29,961 nt of DNA from a virus, in the UHGV virus genome UHGV-0134758; one strand, 5' to 3'. Position numbers and translations under genes: made by a program. Below are positions 9,107 to 20,800 of this stretch, in pieces (the stretch's first letter is position 1; every line of letters begins with the position of its first letter). The notes under the pieces are model-generated. The model saw only the letters and a program-made list of their open reading frames with translations. It ran no database searches and had not been told where the DNA came from.

Positions 9107-9218
9107 AAAATATCTCGATTTTTATTTGCAAAACTTGAAACGCAAATCCAAAAACGATAAATATTTCCTCGCAGTGACTTCTTTTCTGTTGAAAAGTTCA
9201 ATCTAAAGGGCAAAAAAA

Positions 9219-10331
9219 ATGAAAAAAATTACAGTGGCACTTTCTACGGTTGCAGCATCTGTTCTGATGGCAATGTCTGCACAAGCGGCAGAAATCTATA
9301 ACAAAGACGGTAACAAACTGGATCTGTACGGCAAAGTTAATGCAGAGCATTACTTCTCTTCTTCAGCTAGTAATGACGGAGATAAAACTTATGCTCGTAT
9401 GGGTTTCAAAGGTGAAACTCAGATTAATGACCAGTTAACCGGTTTTGGTCAGTGGGAGTACGAATTTAAAGGTAACCGTACTGAAACTGAAGGTTCTGAT
9501 AAAGATAAAACTCGTCTTGCGTTTGCAGGACTTCGCTTTGGCGATTATGGTTCGCTCGACTATGGTCGCAACTACGGTGTAGCTTATGATGTTGGCGCTT
9601 GGACTGACGTTCTGCCTGAGTTTGGTGGAGATACCTGGACTCAGACTGATGTATTTATGACCCAGCGTGCTACTGGCGTGGCGACCTATCGTAACAATGA
9701 TTTCTTCGGCCTGGTTGATGGTCTGAACTTTGCTTTGCAGTATCAAGGTAAAAATGATAGTGCTTCAAAAGTGAACAACCCGAAAGGCCGCGAAGCAGTT
9801 GAATCTAATGGTGATGGTTTTGGCCTGTCAGCTACTTACGATTATGAAGGATTTGGCGTTGCTGCAACCTATGCAAAATCTGACCGTACTGATGGGCAGG
9901 TATCCTATGCTAAAAACAGTCATCTGAATGCCTCTGGTAAAACTGCTGAAGTATGGGCTACGGGCCTGAAATATGATGCAAACAACATTTATCTGGCTGC
10001 CACTTATTCTGAAACTCAGAATATGACAGTCTTCGGTGATGATCATATTGCAAACAAAGCGAAAAACTTTGAAGCTGTTGCTCAATACCAGTTCGACTTC
10101 GGCTTGCGTCCGTCCATTGCTTACCTGCACTCTCGCGGTGAAAATATTGGTGCGTTCGGTAATCAGGATCTGGTTGAATACATCGAGGTAGGCACGACCT
10201 ATTACTTCAACAAAAATATGTCCGCTTTCGTTGACTACAAGATCAACCTGATTGATGAAAGTGAATTTACCAAAGCATCTGAGGTTGCAACCGACAACAT
10301 CGTTGCTGTTGGTATGACCTACCAATTCTAA
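9219..10331 (+). CDS. general porin of the OmpC/OmpF/PhoE family (Lc/NmpC-like phage-borne porin)
   Basis: Signal peptide [23 protein letters not shown] then mature [17 protein letters not shown]; conserved blocks GFGQWEYEF and LQYQGKN; C-terminal ...VGMTYQF with terminal Phe. Strongly resembles prophage porins Lc/NmpC from memory. Confidence 0.9.
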   Translation: MKKITVALSTVAASVLMAMSAQAAEIYNKDGNKLDLYGKVNAEHYFSSSASNDGDKTYARMGFKGETQINDQLTGFGQWEYEFKGNRTETEGSDKDKTRLAFAGLRFGDYGSLDYGRNYGVAYDVGAWTDVLPEFGGDTWTQTDVFMTQRATGVATYRNNDFFGLVDGLNFALQYQGKNDSASKVNNPKGREAVESNGDGFGLSATYDYEGFGVAATYAKSDRTDGQVSYAKNSHLNASGKTAEVWATGLKYDANNIYLAATYSETQNMTVFGDDHIANKAKNFEAVAQYQFDFGLRPSIAYLHSRGENIGAFGNQDLVEYIEVGTTYYFNKNMSAFVDYKINLIDESEFTKASEVATDNIVAVGMTYQF

Positions 10332-10486
10332 TTTTGGTAGGTAAGAATATGCGGGAAGGGAGTGATGTCACTGCCCGCATATAGGTGGCACCCTCATGCC
10401 GCCTTTGAAGAGGCAATAAAATTGCCTCTTCTCAATTTAACTTCATGTTATTTATTACCCTTTTATTGATTTGAAACTCTATTGTT

Positions 10487-10513
10487 GGGGCGCTTTATTG
10501 CGCCCATTTTTTT
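10487..10513 (+). terminator. rho-independent terminator
   Basis: gggcgc-tttatt-gcgccc followed by attttttt. A second hairpin (gaagaggcaat/attgcctcttc) lies near 10403-10427. Confidence 0.5.
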
Positions 10514-10539
10514 ACGTAATCGAGCAGCTTCCAGTTCTC

Positions 10540-11028
10540 TCAAAACGGAATATCGTCGTCAAAGTCCATTGGAGGTTCGTTATTGGCGTTGCTCTGAGGT
10601 TTACCTCCACCACTGTATTGCTGGTAGTTTTGAGATTGGTTTGATTGCCCCCAGCCATTTGAGGGCTGTGAATCGTCACGGCGAGCGCCGATCATTTGTA
10701 TGGTGCCGCCCTGGCTGATGATAATTTCCGTCGTGTAACGTTCTACACCGGCGTCATCTGTCCACTTACGGGTTTTAAGTTTCCCTTCGATGTAGACCTG
10801 AGAACCTTTTCGTAAATACTCACTCGCAATTTCAGCAATTTTTCCGAACAAAATGACTTTATGCCATTCTGTTTGCTCTTTCTGTTGGCCTGTTTGCTTG
10901 TCGCGCCATGATTCATTCGTTGCGATGCTGAGTCTTCCGACCGCTCCGCCATTTGGTATATACCTGATCTCCGGGTCTTGCCCCAAGGTACCAATCAGGA
11001 TGACTTTGTTTACACCGCGTTGTGCCAC
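10540..11028 (-). CDS. ssb: single-stranded DNA-binding protein
   Basis: OB-fold N-terminus ([61 protein letters not shown]), Gly/Gln-rich linker and the acidic tail [11 protein letters not shown] start. Confidence 0.95.
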   Translation of the reverse strand: MAQRGVNKVILIGTLGQDPEIRYIPNGGAVGRLSIATNESWRDKQTGQQKEQTEWHKVILFGKIAEIASEYLRKGSQVYIEGKLKTRKWTDDAGVERYTTEIIISQGGTIQMIGARRDDSQPSNGWGQSNQSQNYQQYSGGGKPQSNANNEPPMDFDDDIPF

Positions 11029-11047
11029 TTATCTTACCTAATAAAAT

Positions 11048-11064
11048 AAATTTATTAGAGCAAT
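11048..11064 (-). promoter_or_regulatory. C1-repressor operator-like 17-mer, 17/17 to ATTGCTCTAATAAATTT
   Basis: Plus strand reads aaatttattagagcaat, the reverse complement of the P1 C1 operator consensus as I recall it. Sits in the divergent ssb/lyz intergenic region. Confidence 0.55.
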
Positions 11065-11087
11065 AATGTATATCTTTGAAACGTAGC

Positions 11088-11097
11088 TAACAAGTGA
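11088..11097 (+). promoter_or_regulatory. conserved 10-mer TAACAAGTGA, candidate phage late-promoter element
   Basis: Same 10-mer on the coding strand upstream of the portal candidate (plus coordinates 14824..14833, reverse complement); near-copy GACAAGTGAC upstream of the mat-position ORF (24304..24313, reverse complement). Each is followed about 6 nt later by an A/T-rich -10-like hexamer. Confidence 0.35.
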
Positions 11098-11197
11098 TTT
11101 GCATTATCCTGTGCCTTCTAAAGGGATCGAGTCAGTCGGTATTGGCTGTGAATGGGTGTTTGTCCTGGAGCGTAAAAAATTCTCTTATGAGGTCTTT

Positions 11198-11755
11198 ATG
11201 AAGGGAAAAACAGCCGCAGGAGGCAGTGCAATTTGCGCTATCGCGATGATGATTACCATCGTGATGGATAATGGCAATGTGCGAACCAACCAGGCGGGGC
11301 TTGAGCTTATCGGAAACGCTGAAGGTTGCCGACGTGATCCATACAAGTGCCCGGCGGGTGTATGGACCGACGGGATCGGTAATACACACGGGGTAACGCC
11401 TGGCGTGCGAAAAACCGACCAGCAAATCGCCGCTGATTGGGAAAAGAATATCCTGATCGCTGAACGCTGTATTAACCAGCACTTCCGGGGCAAAGACATG
11501 CCCGATAATGCCTTCAGCGCAATGGCAAGCGCGGCATTCAATATGGGATGCAATAGTTTACGGACCTACTACAGCAAAGCGCGAGGCATGCGAGTCGAAA
11601 CGTCCATCCACAAGTGGGCGCAGAAAGGGGAATGGGTGAATATGTGTAACCATCTCCCTGATTTTGTGAACAGTAACGGCGTCCCCCTGCCCGGGTTAAA
11701 GATTCGCCGTGAAGAAGAACGCCAGCTTTGCCTGACGGGGCTTGTCAATGAATAA
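11198..11755 (+). CDS. lyz: SAR endolysin (lysozyme, T4-lysozyme/GH24-like)
   Basis: MKGKTAAGGSAICAIAMMITIV signal-anchor-release N-terminus, then catalytic block ELIGNAEGCRRDPYKCPAGVWTDGIGNTHG. 185 aa from the ATG at 11198 (GAGG upstream), near-identical to P1 Lyz from memory. The track ORF starts further upstream at 11099. Confidence 0.9.
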   Translation: MKGKTAAGGSAICAIAMMITIVMDNGNVRTNQAGLELIGNAEGCRRDPYKCPAGVWTDGIGNTHGVTPGVRKTDQQIAADWEKNILIAERCINQHFRGKDMPDNAFSAMASAAFNMGCNSLRTYYSKARGMRVETSIHKWAQKGEWVNMCNHLPDFVNSNGVPLPGLKIRREEERQLCLTGLVNE

Positions 11756-12002
11756 ACTCCGGCAGCTCCGCCGACTTTCGACAATGAAGTTATCGCTGGC
11801 GGCGATAGTTTTTGACTCGATTTTCATGGCGGTATATGTGCTCAATGAGACGTGGCCACTGGAACCGCTATTATATGCCGGGCTTCGGCTGTGCCTGACA
11901 TTTTTGAGCATGGCTGCAAGATTGATGCAGCAGAAAGAAACCGCTTCAGATTGCCCACGTCGCGCGGTGCGCAAATATATGGCACGCAGACGAAGGCGAT
12001 AA
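11742..12002 (+). CDS. small putative membrane protein overlapping the lyz 3' end
   Basis: 86 aa with two hydrophobic segments (LSLAAIVFDSIFMAVYVL, LLYAGLRLCLTFLSMAA) and an Arg-rich C-terminus. No recognisable homology; could be spurious. Confidence 0.35.
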   Translation: MSMNKLRQLRRLSTMKLSLAAIVFDSIFMAVYVLNETWPLEPLLYAGLRLCLTFLSMAARLMQQKETASDCPRRAVRKYMARRRRR

Positions 12003-12013
12003 TAGTTAACGAG

Positions 12014-12041
12014 AACCCCGGCAGCCGCCGGGGTTATTTTG
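12014..12041. terminator. terminator hairpin between convergent genes
   Basis: aaccccggc-agcc-gccggggtt followed by attttgggtgg on the plus strand; lies between the 86-aa ORF stop and the stop of the minus-strand protease candidate. Confidence 0.55.
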
Positions 12042-12046
12042 GGTGG

Positions 12047-14777
<2,731 letters not shown>

Positions 14778-14843
14778 TTAATTAGAATAATTCGCATCGT
14801 GTTTGAACGGAATTTAACACTAGTCACTTGTTAAGGATTACCA

Positions 14844-17800
14844 ATGAACAAGCTATCTATGGGGTTGTTTCGCTGTTCAAGTGTCAGCGAAATATTGAAA
14901 TACATTAGGGCAATAACATCTCATCGAGCGCCGATTAGATACGGCGTGGAAAAGGTGGAAGGCAAAAGCTATGACCGGCTGCGCCGGGAGGCGAATCAGA
15001 AGGCGATAGATTTGCTTAATTCGCTGGTGGACGGCGCGACACTGACAGATGAACAGCGCCAGATCCTGGCCGGGTACACTGGTGAAGGCGGCATTGGCGG
15101 GTCCGTCTCCGAATATTACACACCAAAGCCTATCGCTGAAGGCGTCTGGGAGATCATGAAGCTCTATGGCGCGGACGTAGGTAACACTCTGGAACCATCG
15201 GCGGGCACCGGCGTTTTTAATGAGACAAAACCGGTTGGTACGGTGATGACCGCGACTGAGATCAGCAGTGTTTCCGGTCGTATAAACCAGCTGTTACATC
15301 CGGAAGACAGCGTACAGATTTCCCCGTTCGAACAACTCGCTGTAAGCACGCCTAACGATTCATTCGACCATGTTGTGGGTAACGTTCCGTTCGGCGGTCG
15401 TGATAACACACGCAACATCGATAAGCCTTACGCAGAAGAAACGGATATGGGGTCTTACTTCATGCTCCGCATGCTGGACAAGATAAAGCCAGGCGGATTC
15501 ATGTGTGTGATTGTGCCGCCGTCCATTGTTTCAGGTTCAAACATGAAGCGGTTACGCCTGCGCCTATCACGGAAAGCTGAATTTCTTGGTGCCCACCGCT
15601 TGCCTACCGGTACTTTTGACGCAAACGGGACCAGTACGGTCGTTGACGTGGTGCTGATGCGCAAACATCCGGCGGAGATGGCTGAGAAAATCCCCCTGGT
15701 GGATGAAGGCACTCTTGAATCGGCAAATGTGCTTTGGCCAACGTTTATTTCTGGCAAGTGGTTTGAAAAGGACGGCCGCCGGTTTGTTCATGGCACCCAG
15801 GAGAAGGGATTCCAGGGGCGTATTGAGGTTCGTGCCGACGGGCAGATTGATAACCAGGCTCTTAAAGCGAAGCTGATTCATCGTTTCGAAAGTCGTATCG
15901 ACTGGTCTTTGCTCGATATGGCTGAACCGTCACCGACCGCAGACGTTGTTGGTGAAGGGGAAATACGCCTGATTAATGGCGTATGGCAAAAATATGCTGG
16001 TGGTCGCTGGATTGAATCTGATGCCGGGAAGGAGCTGAAGATTGATGTTGCCAGTTATGGCGCGGATAGCTGGGAGGCTCTTCAGCGTAACCTGACTACA
16101 ACAGAAGGCCGTCTCGGCATGACATTTACCCAGATGGCAAATGTCCGCGATAAGTACACCACATCAATCAGCGACGATATGGTGCAGCTGGTGGACTGGA
16201 TTAACAGCCAGCCTGAAAAATACCGTGAACGCTTGTATCGCGGGGCGATGATTGGCCGGATGTTAATTGAATATCAGGATATGAAGGCCGCCGGGCATAG
16301 TGCTGAACAAATCGAACAGCAGCGCCTTTCCCTGGTATCCCGTTTGCAGGCAGAGATTGACCGTTTTGGTAACCCCGGTCGCGGTCCGATAGCGAAATTA
16401 TCGGGGAGCGGTGCGCGCGCCTGGTTTGCTTTCCGTGGTGCAATTAAGCTGGATGGCACTATTTCTGACGAGCTGACAGGAAAGCTGGTTACGCATGATT
16501 CCAGCGCCAGTTATGACTCCACCAGCTATCAGGACACCCTGCGTTATCTCTACAGTGATCTCACTCGCGATCCAATCCAGCTCGATGATTTCCGCCTTGC
16601 GTTTACCGGCGAACTGCCAGCCAGTGATGACGAGTTGCTTAATTTATTGGCCAGCACCCCTGGCATTGCGGTTTCACCGTATGGCGGGATTGTTCCGTTT
16701 GCCCGCGCCACCAGCGGCGACATTAACGAGATAGTGGCTCCAAAACAGGAATTCCTCGCCACGCTCCCCGACGGTCCAGTAAAGAACAACGTCCTTAATC
16801 AGCTGGCAGCGATCGAAGAGAAGCGCATCAAGACGCCAGCAGAGAATATCCGGTTTAAGCTCAATAGCCGTTGGTTTGACCGTTCCGTCATCCTGGAGTT
16901 TTTGCAGGAAAACGGCTATCCGGATCTGCGCTATGTGCAGTCAGTGCAGCTGGAAGGCGACGAAATGGTTTCTGACACCTATCACGGTGGTGATGGTCTG
17001 TTCGTCGGACACCGATACGGTGTCGTCCAGCGCAAGGATAAAGAAACAGGCGAGATCCGCTACGAGTGGGACCGTAAATCAGGTGAAAACGCGACCGGGT
17101 TCCCGGCACAGCTGGAAAAGTATCTCAATGGTGCGCGTATCGGTGGCAAAGATAGCGCGACGGCGAACGGCTACCGCGAGCAGATGGCACTGCTTGAGGA
17201 CCAGTTCAATAAGTGGATCAAGACGCACGATCGCTACGATGAGCTGGTTGCCAAATACAACGATGTGTTCAATAGCAATATCCCGTATGAACACTCTGGC
17301 GATCCGCTTGGGTTGAAGGGATTAAGCGGTAAGCGCCAGCCATTTGATTACCAGAATAGCGAGGTGCGCCGACTGTCCGAAGATGGGCGCGGCATCCTGG
17401 GCTTCGGCACCGGGCTGGGTAAAACCACGACCGCGCTGGCGCTTGAGGCGTTCAACTATGAGAACGGTCGCTCCACCCGTACTGCGTATGTAGTGCCTAA
17501 ATCAGTGCTGGAAAACTGGTATTACGAAGCAAAAGAATTCCTGAGTGAAGAGGCATTCAGTAACTACCTGTTCGTCGGTCTTGATGTGCTGATGGATGGC
17601 GATCAGATTCGCCAGGTGCCGGTGCTCGATGAGAACGGTAAACCAGTTCTTGGTACTGATGGCACTCCAGTTATGCGCGATGCTCTTAAGCTGGCAGATG
17701 AAGCCACTATCACGGCGCGGATGAACGCGATCCCGCACTCAAATTACCGTGCAGTCGTGTTTACCAAAGAACAATACGCCCGCATTCCGCTACGTGATGA

Positions 17801-20800
17801 CACCGTAGATGAGCATGCACAGGATATGCTTTATGACTTCGTTGCCGCCGGGCGCGTAGCCAGCGCAATGGACTCCGACTCCCACCGCAAAGAGGCCGCG
17901 CGTCGCCGGGTATTATCGGAGTATTCAGATACCGGCACCGAAAAAGCAGAGAAGTATCCGTACTTTGAGGATATGGGCTTCGATAGTGTGATCGCCGACG
18001 AAGGTCACAACTACCGCAATAGCTATAAAAATGGTCGCGAAGCGTCACAACTGGCCTATCTGCCCACCAGCGCGGTGGCGCAATCGGCGCGAGATATGGC
18101 AATCAAAAACGCGTACCTGATGAAAAAGAATGGCGGGCGCGGACCGGTTCTCCTGACTGCAACGCCAGTCGTTAACACCCCGATCGATGCATACAACATG
18201 CTTTCTCATGTTCTGCCGAAGGAATACTGGCAGAAGATGGGGATCTACGGTCCTGATGACTTCGTTAAATTCTTCGGCAAGACCAGGCTGGAAACGGTAC
18301 AGAAAATCAGCGGTGAAGTTGAAGAAAAAATGGCGCTGGTGGGTTTTGAAAACCTTGATGCGCTGCGCGGCATATTCCATCGCTGGACAACGCTTAAAAC
18401 GGCGGAAGACGTTAAGGATACCGTGGAGATCCCGGAGCTGGACGAACACCAGCAGGATGCACCACTTACTGAAGAACAACTGGCGGCGTATGAAGAATTG
18501 CGTCAGCAGGCAGAAGCGGCAGCCAAAGCCAACAATGGCGTAACGACCTCGGTCAATGAAGACGGCGTGATTGAGCACGAGAAAGCCCGTCCGATCTTCT
18601 TAATAATCAGGGATATGGACCGCGTATGTACTGACATGGACCTGTACTATCGCCGGATCACCTATCGTTTCCTGCCGGAGTACGCCGATGCGGTGCAGCA
18701 GCTGGCGGACAGTTTGCCTAAACAAGCCACCAGCGAAGACGACGACAGTGATGATTCTATCACGCAGCAATCGCAATACTCCCTGATAGATAAGGGCGAG
18801 TTTATTCAGTTGCAGGTTCCGGAAGCGTTCGAGCAGGAAGTGAATAAGCGCCTGGCCAGGTTTGGCATTGACGAACAGACCGTTACTCACCCCGTTACGC
18901 CCAAATACGCGAAGCTGATCGCCACGCTGAAGGAGTTTTTCCCGGAAGGTAAGCAAATCATCTTCACCGATGAAAAAACGCAGCACCAGAAGCTCAAGCG
19001 CATTATCTGCAATGCTCTTAACCTTGAACCTTCAAAGGTGGGGATCCTGAATGCTCAGACGGTTGCCGAGGCAGGCAAAACCGGTAAGAAACTGAAAGCG
19101 GTTAAACCGCCGAAAGAGTTACCGGATGAACCAACAGATGCACAGATAGCGAAATACAACGAGCAAATGGCTCTGTATGACGCCTATATCGCGCAGCAAA
19201 ATGAAATGTCGTTGGGCGGTCTGGAAAAGATTGCAGCAGACTTCCAGGAGGGCCGGACTCCGATCATCATCTGCAACAAAAAGGCAGAGGTGGGTATCAA
19301 CCTGCATCGAGGAACGACTGACATCCATCATCTGACGTTGCCGTGGACTCCAGCCAGTATCGCACAACGTAACGGTCGCGGTGCCCGAGTTGGCTCCAAC
19401 CGTGCAAGCGTTCGCGTTCACTACTACTGCGGCAAGGGTTCTTTCGATGAATACCGACTGAAGACGCTGAAGCGTAAAGCAGGCTGGATCTCCGATATCC
19501 TCCGTTCAGATAAGTCAGAAATGGAGAACGCCGACGCCAACGATATGGTCGAAATGCAGATGTATACCGCGAAGGATGACGGCGAACGTCTGGCAATGAT
19601 GCAGGTTCAAATGGATAAGGCGAAAGCCGCGCAACGCGCTCGCCAGAAAGAACAGGCTACTATCGACCTTCAGAACTACATCAAGGCGCAGCACGCAGCT
19701 GGCGAGGATGTGGAGGTACTTACCGCTGAATTAGAGCGAAGCAAAGCGGAACTTGAAAAGACCACCGCCGAGGTAGCTAAATTCAAACAGGCGGTAATGG
19801 CCAAAGCAGCTGATAACGCAGACTGGAAGGCCCGCTGGGGGAGTGTCCATCACACAGACCGTATGTTGTTAGCACAGTATCGCGCGTCGTTGAAAAGCGC
19901 CATTCAGCGCAAGGCTAATATCTCTCAAGCCATCTCCCGCTATGAGAAATTATTGAACCGTACTCAGAAGGCCGCGACGGATATCAAACGCCTGCGCCCG
20001 CTGGTGGAGGATGCAATAAATAAAGGCATTCTGGATGTTGATCCTGACCTGGTTAACCATGCGAGTGAGTTCCTTGTTATCGGCGATCGCTCATGGCGTG
20101 TAGGCCAATACTACGATTGTGCCGGTGATATCGTTCGCATTAAGTCGCTGGACTTCGACAGCCAGCGCGCAGACGTGGAGATCATCTTTACCTTAAAAGG
20201 CACCAAATCGGGTAACTGGGATGTGAAGACGCTGGATAAACAGGTTGATGTAACTCCCGATGAAGATGCTGTTATGCAGAAAATCAGTGGTGGCGTCTCC
20301 ATCGCCGGGATTAACGACATCATTTCCTGTGACGATTTCTACCGTTTCCAGCAGCGCGGCATGATCAAAATCACTGACTCATACGGCGTTCAGACTACAG
20401 AGTCAGGCTATAGCATTGATTTTGTTGGTACCTATACGGACCCGCTGAAGCATGCGGTTTACCCGGATCGCCGTGACGGCGCGCTGAAGTCGTCAATTGC
20501 AAAATGGGTGCTTGGTATGATGTTGGAAGGGAATAACCGCCAGATCCGTTCGGCAGAAACATTCCTGGTTGAACTGTTTGGCTCCAATTATGGCGATGTA
20601 ATCGCGTCATACGGAGATACGCTATCCCCTGAAGCAATTCAGGAGAAAATAGCGGATGCGATCGCCAGAATGCCGGAAAAAACAAGCCAGGGGGCTACTC
20701 GTAACGGGGATTCTGAACTTGAAGTCACCAATGCCATTTTTGGTACCAATGAGTTCCGGGCGTCAGATTATGAGATCACCACAGCACAGTTTGGCACCAT

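Noticed and set aside
8790-9218. Possible insertion sequence or transposase between the dar operon and ssb
   Set aside because: No transposase-like ORF or terminal inverted repeats are present; the interval holds a porin gene and its AT-rich promoter region.
10482-10718. Plus-strand 78-aa ORF overlapping the ssb 3' region
   Set aside because: Overlaps the well-supported ssb gene and runs through a terminator hairpin; spurious.
14844-15400. Methyltransferase motifs as evidence of a restriction-modification system
   Set aside because: The methyltransferase module is the N-terminal domain of the DarB-like fusion, not a stand-alone mod gene; no res-like restriction subunit is present anywhere in the window.
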